From a virus (lineage: Duplodnaviria; Caudoviricetes), in the IMG/VR virus record IMGVR_UViG_3300028595_000001, positions 1-59,893 of that record: a stretch of DNA of 59,893 nucleotides; one strand, given 5' to 3'. Numbering within the stretch: the first letter of the stretch is position 1; each line of letters opens with the position of its first letter. Made by a program: the position numbers and the translations under genes. The notes beneath the pieces were generated by a model, which worked only from the letters and a program-made list of their open reading frames with translations, was not told where the DNA came from and did not search any database. Below are positions 19,492 to 28,783 of this stretch, in pieces.

Positions 19492-22400
19492 TTAAATACT
19501 TTTGCGTATTTTTATTTATTTGTCCATCCATCGTGTTAGCCAGTCATGGGATGCTCCCTTATCCTGGGTTCATTTATGATGTTTCTGTAGGCGGTGATAC
19601 GACTCCACCAACAGTCACAACGGCCACAATAGACAATGATGCAGGATCACCCGTAACAATTACTTATGACACAGCAACCGACCATGCGGACGATGCGTCG
19701 GCTGGATCAACTATTACCATATCGGTTACGGTTGGGTCTAATAATAATCGTGTTTTGGTTGTCGGTGTGGGTGCGGAGGAAACAGACAACACCATCGATG
19801 GAAATTTAGTAGTTAATAGCGTTACTTACGATGGAGAAGCTTTAACTGAGATTGATTGGGTCGAATACAAAACAGACGAAGACTGGGTGGGATTGTATTA
19901 TATTCTTGCTCCTTCCACCGGTGCCAATAATGTCGTTGTTACTTTCAACGAAAGTTGTAGGGCAACGGTCGGCGCAATCAGCCTTTACAATGTGGCACAG
20001 CAAGCGCCGGAGGCAAGCAACTCAACAACAGGAAGCAGTTCTCCAACGTCTTTGTCATTGACAACAATCACCGATAATGCGTGGGTTACCGATGTTATAT
20101 CTGTCAACTCATCCAGCGCATCCATAGCTGAAAACGCAGGGCAAACAGAAAGATACGACGGCAAGAATTATCAACGGTTGGCAGGATCGACAAAGCCTGT
20201 TGTTTCTGCCGGAGCGACGACAACCGGGTCAATACTAACTGGATATGTAAATGGTTGGGGCATGATTTCTGCGGCATTTACGCCGTTCATCAATTCGTCA
20301 ACGTCAACCCTAACATTAAATTTTAACGAGAACGTATCTCAAAGCACAAATTGGGCCAACGCCGAAATATTGGTCGATTGCAGTGTAACCGGGAATGATC
20401 TTGGCAGCACATATCAATCTGGCGATGGAACACCACAGCATGTGTTTGAGATTGATTCGGGGATAACCGCAGAGGATGTTTGCTATTTAAATTTTGATGA
20501 AAATTCAACCGGGGACGTTCTCGTAGACGATTCAGACAACGACCTTGCCGCAATCACCGGGACAGACAAACTAATCACCAATCTTTTTGCAGGAGCACCG
20601 GACACGGTAGCTCCATCAATTACCAGTGTCGTGATAACCGGTGACGCATTAATGGTGTATACTGATGAGGTTGTTGTGGAGGGTGCAGAAACGATAGTCG
20701 GTGAGTTCCTTGTCGACATGTCTACGACAGGCAACGGTATCGCTTGCACCTATGTGTCTGGGTGGGGAACCCAAGCTCTTTTATTTTCCACCGCAATCCC
20801 AGCGGTACACGGGGAAACTGTTTACCTCCGATTTGACATTGATAGTTCTGGCGACATTGTAGAGGACGCGGCAGAGAACGACCTTGCCCCGATAACCGGT
20901 ACAAGTCAGATAGTAACAAATGCTACCGCAGAGGGCGACGAATACGATCGGGTATTTTATGTCACACAAAGCGGTGCTGGGAGTATGACCGGCAGTTCGC
21001 TAAACAATGCCATGTCAGCCAGCATGTTCAATGCTTTAGGATCTGCCGGTTTTGAAGACTACGAGAATATGGTTTTTTATTGTAGCGGGCCAATTCCCAC
21101 GATATTAGTTATCGATATAAACGGTACGTCTAACGGCCACGTTACGCTTGACGGATACGAAACGGGCGATTGTGATCCGAAAAACTCATACTGTAGCGGT
21201 GCTGCAACGCTAACGCAGATTGACCTTAGTAATGGAGATGATTGGATAATTATTCGTGACTTTAATTTCGTGCCAGTCACGGGTTATCAGACAAGCAGCG
21301 GCACTGGTGTTGGGGTGATTCGGTCAACGTATTCAGAGGGTGTCGAGAATCAAGGGATCGAAATACGCAACTGCGCTTTTGGCCATACTGGCAATGGTGG
21401 CGCGAGTGTTTATTTGCAAAATAGGTTGAGCGATTTTGTCATTGATAACAACTACTGGTACAACACGTTTGACGCCGTAGCGCGACCAAACCTAACCATT
21501 GACTCTGCTTACAAAGGTAGGATTACAAACAATAAAACCTATGGAGGCATGGGGGCTGTCTGGTATACGCCAAAACGCGGGACGTTTGAGAAAGTCGTTC
21601 ACGCATACAACTATATCGAATCCCCATATGAGGAGGGTTACTCTTTTGACCTAGCTCCAGACGGAACAGCAACGACCGGATATAGGGAATATGCGACCGT
21701 TAGCGGCAGCACATCAACAACTGTTACGCTATCCGGTACTGGATACCCTGATTACACGGACGGCCAGTATTATATGTACTTTGCAACCGGAGATTTAAAG
21801 GGTCGAATTGCGAAAATAACAGGTCAGGATGACGACGAGTTTACACTTGATACGACAAATGGTGATTTTGACTTTTCGGATGTAAGCAACGGCGATGGTG
21901 CTTTTATTTACCTCATCTATCGGCACAACTATGTCGCCTATAATACATCAAAAGATGTGCGCTATGGCAACGCGTCGATTCTTTTTTATGGCAATTCGTT
22001 TGAAAACTGGATCGAATACAATACGGTTATAAGCTCCGATGATGCCACCAGGATTGAGCTTAGAACAATCGAGGGCGTTGAGGCACACGATGATAGCGCC
22101 ACTGGTGTTTGCGGGACAGTTGTTGCAGGGGCAAACCTGATTAAAAATAATTCAATGTCAACCACTTGCTCATGGGGCGATAGTTGCAAGGCGTCTGGAG
22201 TCAGTGCGTTTGTTTATGACATCAATCTTTGCGGCACATCCCCCGTGGTTGACGCTTATTACAACACGGTTATAGACAACACAATAGACTCATCTTCTGG
22301 GAACTCTTACGAAACCCTGAAAATGACAGATCAGTATTATTATGCGTCTGGAAACGAAGATTCAAGCAGCAATCCAACGACCATTATAAATACTGGTGAC

Positions 22401-22733
22401 TACGAAAACAGTGCGACATGGAAGGTTTACTGGCCGTACATCACAGACATACCCACAATAAACGGTACGAGCTTAACCTTTACTGCGAGTGAAACATTAA
22501 GTTTTGCGAATTATGAAACTGGGGATATGTGGCTTGAAAACGCTGACGGAGATAAAATTTACCTTGCTTACACGAGTGGCACGACAAGCATTACTATGAC
22601 TGCCGCGTCAGCAGTAAGCAACGGCGAAACATGGTATTTGTGGTTCATCGCGGACGATGACACCATAGAAGATTCGGACGGTGTAGACATGCCAACATTC
22701 GGTTATAAAACCGTAACCAATAATACACCTTAA
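19488..22733 (+). CDS. Large acidic signal-peptide protein with Ig-like repeats and beta-helix
   Basis: ATGA overlap at 19488; MIKYFCVFLFICPSIVLA; DTTPPTV/DTVAPSI repeats; FYVTQSGAG beta-helix start. Confidence 0.75.
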   Translation: MIKYFCVFLFICPSIVLASHGMLPYPGFIYDVSVGGDTTPPTVTTATIDNDAGSPVTITYDTATDHADDASAGSTITISVTVGSNNNRVLVVGVGAEETDNTIDGNLVVNSVTYDGEALTEIDWVEYKTDEDWVGLYYILAPSTGANNVVVTFNESCRATVGAISLYNVAQQAPEASNSTTGSSSPTSLSLTTITDNAWVTDVISVNSSSASIAENAGQTERYDGKNYQRLAGSTKPVVSAGATTTGSILTGYVNGWGMISAAFTPFINSSTSTLTLNFNENVSQSTNWANAEILVDCSVTGNDLGSTYQSGDGTPQHVFEIDSGITAEDVCYLNFDENSTGDVLVDDSDNDLAAITGTDKLITNLFAGAPDTVAPSITSVVITGDALMVYTDEVVVEGAETIVGEFLVDMSTTGNGIACTYVSGWGTQALLFSTAIPAVHGETVYLRFDIDSSGDIVEDAAENDLAPITGTSQIVTNATAEGDEYDRVFYVTQSGAGSMTGSSLNNAMSASMFNALGSAGFEDYENMVFYCSGPIPTILVIDINGTSNGHVTLDGYETGDCDPKNSYCSGAATLTQIDLSNGDDWIIIRDFNFVPVTGYQTSSGTGVGVIRSTYSEGVENQGIEIRNCAFGHTGNGGASVYLQNRLSDFVIDNNYWYNTFDAVARPNLTIDSAYKGRITNNKTYGGMGAVWYTPKRGTFEKVVHAYNYIESPYEEGYSFDLAPDGTATTGYREYATVSGSTSTTVTLSGTGYPDYTDGQYYMYFATGDLKGRIAKITGQDDDEFTLDTTNGDFDFSDVSNGDGAFIYLIYRHNYVAYNTSKDVRYGNASILFYGNSFENWIEYNTVISSDDATRIELRTIEGVEAHDDSATGVCGTVVAGANLIKNNSMSTTCSWGDSCKASGVSAFVYDINLCGTSPVVDAYYNTVIDNTIDSSSGNSYETLKMTDQYYYASGNEDSSSNPTTIINTGDYENSATWKVYWPYITDIPTINGTSLTFTASETLSFANYETGDMWLENADGDKIYLAYTSGTTSITMTAASAVSNGETWYLWFIADDDTIEDSDGVDMPTFGYKTVTNNTP

Positions 22734-22745
22734 AGGAAAAAACAC

Positions 22746-23531
22746 ATGAAAAAATTGGTTGCAGTACTCTTAATTGGCTTGTTTTTTACCGGATGCGCTG
22801 GTTATTCAGAAAGAGGCGCAGCAGGGCCACTAGTAGCACCATCCCCGTGCAGATGGACATCTAACGGTATTGAGTGCGACGGCAACCGGGACGGGACTGC
22901 CGATCTGCTTATTAATAAATCGGATGGGACGGTGGAGATTAACGGGGCTGTGGCTACTGGCGTTGATCTTGACGCACTTACTAACGGGGATGATATACGG
23001 ATAAGCACCACCACCGACGCCCATGAGTTTTGTATTCAAGCGCACAACGGTACTGGTTGGGTTGACATATTGTGCTTCGTCAACGATTCCGGTGGCTCTC
23101 CAGAAGTGCAGCTGCAAAGTGGGGCGGTATTGTCTGGGCTTGGTTTGATGAGTCCAGATGGCGTTTTGCCACAGGTATTAGATGACAGCGAATATTCAGA
23201 CACTGCTGACACCGATTATGTGCTAACGAGAACAGAAGTTGCTGGCAACATATTAACAAATAAAGGCGAGGCAGGTGCATCGACATACACTTTCCCTGCA
23301 TTGTCCACCATTGAGGGTAGTACTGGCATATTTAATATTGAAGCAGCACAAAATGTCTCTATTTGCCCTAACGGATCTGAACAATTTTACTTGAACAAAA
23401 CACAAATGGCTGCATCAGAATGTATTGTTAACGAGGCAGCAACGATTGGTGAATCTATTACTTGGTATTGTACTGAAACAGCTTGTTTCTTTAAATCCGA
23501 TGATGCAGATTTTGAGGAAGACACTCCATGA
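22746..23531 (+). CDS. Predicted lipoprotein
   Basis: MKKLVAVLLIGLFFTG-C lipobox-like sequence. Confidence 0.7.
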   Translation: MKKLVAVLLIGLFFTGCAGYSERGAAGPLVAPSPCRWTSNGIECDGNRDGTADLLINKSDGTVEINGAVATGVDLDALTNGDDIRISTTTDAHEFCIQAHNGTGWVDILCFVNDSGGSPEVQLQSGAVLSGLGLMSPDGVLPQVLDDSEYSDTADTDYVLTRTEVAGNILTNKGEAGASTYTFPALSTIEGSTGIFNIEAAQNVSICPNGSEQFYLNKTQMAASECIVNEAATIGESITWYCTETACFFKSDDADFEEDTP

Positions 23532-24238
23532 GAATTATATTAGTTCTTTTAATTTTGGTTTTTGCTTCAGATGCGTTTGGCATGATGCCGTCAGTTGCAC
23601 ATAATGTGGGATCTATCGGCTGCCCCTCAGATGCTACCTTAGTTTTTGAGGATAGTTTTGAATCTCCGTGGGAGCCAGGTGTGGATACTGGAAACTGGAC
23701 AACAGTTAATTCGAATACTGAGATAGAGTCAACTATTGTTAAGTATGGCGCTCAATCACAAAAATCTAACGCCTCTGGTGAATATTCATTAAAGTCTGGT
23801 CTTACAACAACAAGTGAATTTTGGTTTGATGCGTGGATATACCCAGATGACTTGTCAGCTTATTTTTACATGATGAATGTTGGTGATTCATCAAACTATG
23901 TTAGAGTGAGAATAGCCACAGACGGAAGTGTGCTAATCTATAACGACTCTACTTCAGTTGCTGACACTGGGGTAAATATATCTGCGGATCAATGGTATCA
24001 CATTTTCGCGCATGTTATATTGACAACTGACGGTAGTGAAACTGCGGAAGTAGCTGTTAACCAACAAGTTTCTTTTGATTCATGGGACGTAAGCATCTCC
24101 AATGCTACGTTCACAGTTACAACACCTGACAGGTTTCTTTTGGGTTTAACTTATGTTGGAGGAGGAGGCACGCCCGTTGTTTATACAGATAAAGGCAGAA
24201 TATTCTCTGGAGGTAATATGCCATGCGCGTGGAAATAA
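23528..24238 (+). CDS. Signal-peptide protein, ConA/LamG-like lectin fold
   Basis: Signal peptide; VFEDSFE, FDAWIYP, ADQWYHI motifs. Confidence 0.7.
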   Translation: MRIILVLLILVFASDAFGMMPSVAHNVGSIGCPSDATLVFEDSFESPWEPGVDTGNWTTVNSNTEIESTIVKYGAQSQKSNASGEYSLKSGLTTTSEFWFDAWIYPDDLSAYFYMMNVGDSSNYVRVRIATDGSVLIYNDSTSVADTGVNISADQWYHIFAHVILTTDGSETAEVAVNQQVSFDSWDVSISNATFTVTTPDRFLLGLTYVGGGGTPVVYTDKGRIFSGGNMPCAWK

Positions 24239-25599
24239 TTTTTGTTTATATAGCTCTTTTATGCTTGCCCCTTAATGTTGTTTTAGCTGCTGATTATTAT
24301 GTCGATAAAAACCACGGCAGCGCTAGCGATTCAAACGATGGAACATCGGAGAGTTTGCCGTGGTTGACCATTAACAAAGCTGCGACCACATTAACCGCTG
24401 GTGATACTGTTTATGTCAAAGATGGAGAATATAATGAGGCGGTTGTTATAAGCAATTCGGGGTCAGTTGGTTCTCCTATTACATTTAAGAATTATCCTGG
24501 TCACAGTCCTGTAATAGATGGTACTGATGTAGTGATATCCAGTAATTATGCACTCATATATGCTAACAGTAAAGACTATATAATAATAGACGGTTTTGAA
24601 TTTAGAGACTCAGACGAGAATTGTTTAAATATGTGGAGGTGCGACGAGTTTATTATAAGAAATAACCTTATACATAGTAATGATGTGAATGGACGTGACT
24701 GTGTGCTCGCCGGTTACAGCGAAGGAGGATTGATAGAAAACAACGAGGTATACGATTGTGGCGGGAACGCTATAAATATATCAAGCACCACCGATGTCGT
24801 TGTTAAAAGCAACTACATACATGATAATCCTAATCATACCGGTGTTAATATATTTCCGGTTACAACTGATTCACAGGTAGATTTTTCAGGGAATAATGTT
24901 TTTTATAATAAAATTACAGGGTGCACTAGCGGGATTTACTCTAGACATCAAACAAACAACATAATTGCTTTTAATTTAATTTATGATAACGATGTTAGCA
25001 ATGCGTCCGGTATTTATTTTCATCACACGGATGGTGACGAAACTACCACAACAGCAAACACTAAAGTATATAACAATACAATAGTCAACAACGACAATTA
25101 CGGGATTGAGGTTGAACAACACCATAATTTAGATATAAAAAACAATATTATATACGGTTCTACTGTTGCCATGTCTTTTGAAAGTGGGTCCACCACAGGA
25201 CACACAATTGATTATAATCTATATACTGCGTCGTCTAATTTTAGATGGGGATCGGGCGACAATATAAATTTCGCGACATGGAAAACCAACAGTAGCCAAG
25301 ATGCAAATTCAAGCGAAGATGATCCTCTTTTTAATTCTAACTATTATATAACTAATGGATCGCCTGCAATAAACAACGGAGACAATCAATATTCAGACGG
25401 CGACGGGAATCAATTTGATCTTGGTGGTTTTTTGGTTTGGGATGATGACGTTGACGCTGTGTCTGGATATTGGGTCGATGGTGTGGATATGGGCGCATAT
25501 GCTTACATTGCCAACGTGATTATATCAGGATCTAATAAAGTGTCTGGTGGTGGAACAGGGACGCTTTTAAACGGTACAGGAACAATAACAGGACAATGA
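24223..25599 (+). CDS. Signal-peptide right-handed beta-helix protein (pectate-lyase-like)
   Basis: ADYYVD...SDSNDGTSESLPWLTINKAA...AGDTVYVKDGEY; Asn-rich NNxI repeats; GSPAINNG, DMGAY. Confidence 0.85.
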   Translation: MRVEIIFVYIALLCLPLNVVLAADYYVDKNHGSASDSNDGTSESLPWLTINKAATTLTAGDTVYVKDGEYNEAVVISNSGSVGSPITFKNYPGHSPVIDGTDVVISSNYALIYANSKDYIIIDGFEFRDSDENCLNMWRCDEFIIRNNLIHSNDVNGRDCVLAGYSEGGLIENNEVYDCGGNAINISSTTDVVVKSNYIHDNPNHTGVNIFPVTTDSQVDFSGNNVFYNKITGCTSGIYSRHQTNNIIAFNLIYDNDVSNASGIYFHHTDGDETTTTANTKVYNNTIVNNDNYGIEVEQHHNLDIKNNIIYGSTVAMSFESGSTTGHTIDYNLYTASSNFRWGSGDNINFATWKTNSSQDANSSEDDPLFNSNYYITNGSPAINNGDNQYSDGDGNQFDLGGFLVWDDDVDAVSGYWVDGVDMGAYAYIANVIISGSNKVSGGGTGTLLNGTGTITGQ

Positions 25600-25880
25600 C
25601 ACACAACCCAATAAAACCGTTTCTCGACAAAATACCACCAGAGCTTCGACCAATGCTTGAAGCTTTGATGATTGAGCAACAAAATACGCGCGAAATGATT
25701 TGTAAAAAGGTTGAAGACAAGGTGGACGAAATCAAGCACCACTGCACCGATCAATCGTTAGCGTGCAACAGAAAGTTTTTGCCCAAGATCCAAGCATACG
25801 TGCTGGCAGGGGTAATTATTGGTTTACTGGTTGGCCTTGGGCTATTGGAAATTGACGCTGTTGCGGGACTTTTGAAATAA
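25596..25880 (+). CDS. Small membrane protein (holin-like candidate)
   Basis: Coiled N-terminus and one C-terminal TM helix at the end of the late operon. Confidence 0.5.
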   Translation: MTHNPIKPFLDKIPPELRPMLEALMIEQQNTREMICKKVEDKVDEIKHHCTDQSLACNRKFLPKIQAYVLAGVIIGLLVGLGLLEIDAVAGLLK

Positions 25881-25894
25881 AAAGGGAGAGATTG

Positions 25895-26047
25895 ATGGAA
25901 AAATGGATGGAAATAATTAAAGATTTGTTGGACGACCACAACGTAATTCTTTATGCACTATTTATCCTTGCCTGCATTTACCCAGGCGAAGCAAAACCGA
26001 TAATTGCCGGTATGCTTGGCTTCTGGGCAAAGGGCAAGGTTTCATAG
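25895..26047 (+). CDS. 50-aa membrane protein, holin candidate
   Basis: GGGAG RBS; MEKWMEII...VILYALFILACIY..PIIAGMLGFWAKGKVS (two hydrophobic stretches); below ORF-track cutoff. Confidence 0.5.
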   Translation: MEKWMEIIKDLLDDHNVILYALFILACIYPGEAKPIIAGMLGFWAKGKVS

Positions 26048-26062
26048 CTTGCCCACTTGACA

Positions 26063-26355
26063 ATTCAGTCAAGCGGCCTGTTTTAGTCAACTACATATTG
26101 GTTCAAGACAGTTCATATTAAAATGCATTTTTTTACCGTACATCCATGTTTTGCACGTGCAATAATGACTGTTGTGTATTTTAGTGATAATCAATTCGAT
26201 GCCGCCCATATCTCCACGGGTCTTAACCTTTTGACCAACATAAAACTTATTCTTACAGTCGTTTGATAGTGACCATTTCATTCTTGATTCTTCTTTTTTA
26301 GGAACTATCATATTCCCCCCTTTTCTATTCAGTCAAGCGGCCTGTTTTAGTCAAC
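26063..26355. repeat. 29-bp perfect direct repeat (26063-26091, 26327-26355)
   Basis: attcagtcaagcggcctgttttagtcaac twice, bracketing ORF 26087-26311. Confidence 0.95.
26087..26311 (-). CDS. Hypothetical SH3-like small protein
   Basis: GGGGGG RBS; FYVGQKVKTRG pattern. Confidence 0.6.
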   Translation of the reverse strand: MIVPKKEESRMKWSLSNDCKNKFYVGQKVKTRGDMGGIELIITKIHNSHYCTCKTWMYGKKMHFNMNCLEPICS

Positions 26356-26709
26356 CGGCGGTTTGGTTAAAGCCTTAACCGACTCAAGGACTTCTAATGT
26401 TTGCTTGTACCAGTTTATTTTATTCAGTTCTGTCGCTATCGCCCGACGCTTTTTATTGATATTGATTTCACGTTCCAATTCGTCGTTGTGCATTACAAGG
26501 TGTTGACGATTCCAAACATCCCCGCCAGGAACAAAACCATCGCTTTTTCTAAAACGGTACTCATATTTTCCATTGGGCGATGCTACAATAATGAGCGTCT
26601 TTGTGGTGCGCTTAACCAAAGCGACTCCTTTACTGCCCCCATACCCGCCATGATTTATAATAACCTTATCCCCCGCCTTTAGTTCTTTTAGCCATTCCGT
26701 GTTAAACAT
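26347..26709 (-). CDS. Hypothetical beta-barrel protein
   Basis: GGAG RBS; LKAGDKV..VKRTTKT..RFRKSDG pattern common in phage early genes. Confidence 0.7.
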   Translation of the reverse strand: MFNTEWLKELKAGDKVIINHGGYGGSKGVALVKRTTKTLIIVASPNGKYEYRFRKSDGFVPGGDVWNRQHLVMHNDELEREININKKRRAIATELNKINWYKQTLEVLESVKALTKPPVD

Positions 26710-26905
26710 TTTCTCCCCTTTCTTTATACATACCTATGGCCAGCCTTGCCCATCGTCGCATATCATAGGCGTCTTCTTCAGTAATCGGGCCTTGGATGTC
26801 AATTTTTTTGAGCCATTTACGATACCATCGGATTTCTTCTCTCATCGCACTCATTTCATCTGTAACCCGCTGGCTTGTGGTTCTTTTGTTGTCTTTCATC
26901 CCCAT
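26702..26905 (-). CDS. Hypothetical protein
   Basis: GGGGG RBS; packed in leftward operon. Confidence 0.55.
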   Translation of the reverse strand: MGMKDNKRTTSQRVTDEMSAMREEIRWYRKWLKKIDIQGPITEEDAYDMRRWARLAIGMYKERGENV

Positions 26906-26915
26906 GTTTCCCCCT

Positions 26916-27545
26916 TTACGCTGCTTTAAGGCGTTCAACCATCGTATACATATCTGCAATAAACACATCGGCTTTTTCGTTCAAGTCTGCGCCGGTCACA
27001 TGCTCAATCTTTTTGTTGATTGGTTTTTCGTCCCTGTAAACTCGACGAATTAACGGCGCGTTGCCCTGGTCAACATCTTCTGGGCAATAATCAATGCAGT
27101 CGCACCATTCTCTATCGCACACCCACAGCCCCCACTGGACTTGCCTGCGAAGACTAATATCCATTGTTTCAAAATGCTTTCTGACAAACACGGCGGGAGT
27201 ACGGACTTTGATTTCGATCATTCCGTTTTCACCAACGAGTCCATCAGCGCTGTAGTGTTTGTGCTTGTGGCAGCGGACTAATCCGACCTGTTTAGTCCTT
27301 ACGCTGTTCAGGATTTCATAGTAGGTTCTGGCGTGCGGCTCAAACTCATGCCCACGGTCTGCGTGTTGGAATTTAAAGCTGGCCGCAGGCACACCGGTTC
27401 TCAATTCCCCCACGAAATCATACAGCAAGTCCTGTCGACCTTTTTTACCGGGGGCAATCTTACCAATAGCACTACCCCCTATTGAACATAGACGAGACAA
27501 AAACCATTCTGGAGTTCCTTGCTCCCCATATATTATTTCATACAT
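26916..27545 (-). CDS. YqaJ/lambda-exonuclease-like recombination nuclease
   Basis: EQGTPEWF..R, RGHEFEP.AR, SADGLV, IEIK, QVQWGLWV.DREWCD. Confidence 0.92.
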   Translation of the reverse strand: MYEIIYGEQGTPEWFLSRLCSIGGSAIGKIAPGKKGRQDLLYDFVGELRTGVPAASFKFQHADRGHEFEPHARTYYEILNSVRTKQVGLVRCHKHKHYSADGLVGENGMIEIKVRTPAVFVRKHFETMDISLRRQVQWGLWVCDREWCDCIDYCPEDVDQGNAPLIRRVYRDEKPINKKIEHVTGADLNEKADVFIADMYTMVERLKAA

Positions 27546-28167
27546 CTGGATACCTTTTTACAGAATAGCACAACCCAATTGTATTTGATTTTTTTCTAAG
27601 ACCACACCATGAATAAATTGTTGGAGCAGACACTTCAAAAAAACTTGCCGCCTTGCTACAAGAATCAAATCGTTTGCCGAAAATAAACCACCAACGACTA
27701 TTTGTTTTATTACGATTGTTTTCCGCAACAGTTGTAAAACAACAATTTTCTGGGTTATAAGGACCGTTGGTGTCAATTCTTTCTATTGTTAGTCCTTCTT
27801 CGTATCCATTTTTTAAAGCCCAGTCTTTGAAGGTTTGGTAATCATCCCATTCGTTGCAGAAAGTTACTCCACGGCCACCATACCTACTAAAGTCTTTGCT
27901 TGTTTTTGTTCTACAACGGTATCGGAAGTTTCGCCACAAGGCATACAGCTTAGTTAAGTGGTCGCCATGGATTTTAGTAGCTCCCCCGTTTCCTTTTTTT
28001 CTTAAACAACCACACGACTTTGTTTTCCCGCTCCTAATTCTGGAACCGTCTTTAACCACGATATTTCCGCAATCACACAAACATTCCCACTGTCGTTTGC
28101 CTTTATATGAAGAAACAAACAACATCCCAAACTTTCTACCAGCAATGTCTATTGGATACGCAGGCAA
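27538..28167 (-). CDS. Free-standing HNH-type homing endonuclease
   Basis: WECLCDCG, TKSCGC, YGGRGV, LTIERIDTNGPYNPENC. Confidence 0.88.
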   Translation of the reverse strand: MPAYPIDIAGRKFGMLFVSSYKGKRQWECLCDCGNIVVKDGSRIRSGKTKSCGCLRKKGNGGATKIHGDHLTKLYALWRNFRYRCRTKTSKDFSRYGGRGVTFCNEWDDYQTFKDWALKNGYEEGLTIERIDTNGPYNPENCCFTTVAENNRNKTNSRWWFIFGKRFDSCSKAASFFEVSAPTIYSWCGLRKKSNTIGLCYSVKRYPDV

Positions 28168-28177
28168 AACAAACCTC

Positions 28178-28774
28178 CTATGAGTCCTCCTCCCCAGGTT
28201 GCCGCATCATATCAATCTTTCGATTCAACAAGCCCGTTAGTTTCTTATAGTTCCTTCTGGGGATGGTTTCCATTGATTGAGCTTCGGCCACCCGTAGGAA
28301 AGCCGGTAGGTCGTCAACCACTTCATCGACAATTGCCTTCATTGCGACCAAATTATCACCATCAACATATTCATTTGTTTCGACTTCACTTGGAGGTAAA
28401 TCTTCCCCCGCATAAATATACAATCCGATCCCAGTGGCGATAGCGATAGCCTTCACAAGACACCGTTGGATCGACGTGTTGATGTCAAACGGGTTGGGGT
28501 CTGCAATCGGTTTGTTCTGGTTATTCAGAACAGGATGCACCTGTTCAAAATAAATCTTTTCTTCACCAACATCTGGCCAAACAATTACAGATACAAAGGC
28601 ACCCATGTCAGTCTTTTGGTATGGAAGATGGTCAAACCGAACAATTGTCCACTTGCCATTCGGACACGCCTTTCGGAACTCACTAACAGCGAACGGCCAC
28701 GACAGGTAGTTAAACCTGCCCTTCTTTTCAACCCTATCGGTTACATTGGTTTTTTCAAGTTCTGCAAAATTCAT
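28178..28774 (-). CDS. Single-strand annealing protein, Sak3/DUF1071-like
   Basis: YLSWPFA, PVLNNQNKPI, FDINTSIQRCLVKAIA, GIGLYIYAGEDLP. Confidence 0.92.
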   Translation of the reverse strand: MNFAELEKTNVTDRVEKKGRFNYLSWPFAVSEFRKACPNGKWTIVRFDHLPYQKTDMGAFVSVIVWPDVGEEKIYFEQVHPVLNNQNKPIADPNPFDINTSIQRCLVKAIAIATGIGLYIYAGEDLPPSEVETNEYVDGDNLVAMKAIVDEVVDDLPAFLRVAEAQSMETIPRRNYKKLTGLLNRKIDMMRQPGEEDS

Positions 28775-28783
28775 ATCCCCTCC

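Noticed and set aside
26063-26355. CRISPR mini-array or integron attC sites
   Set aside because: Only two repeats 264 bp apart enclosing a gene; no attC-type inverted symmetry, cas gene or integrase.
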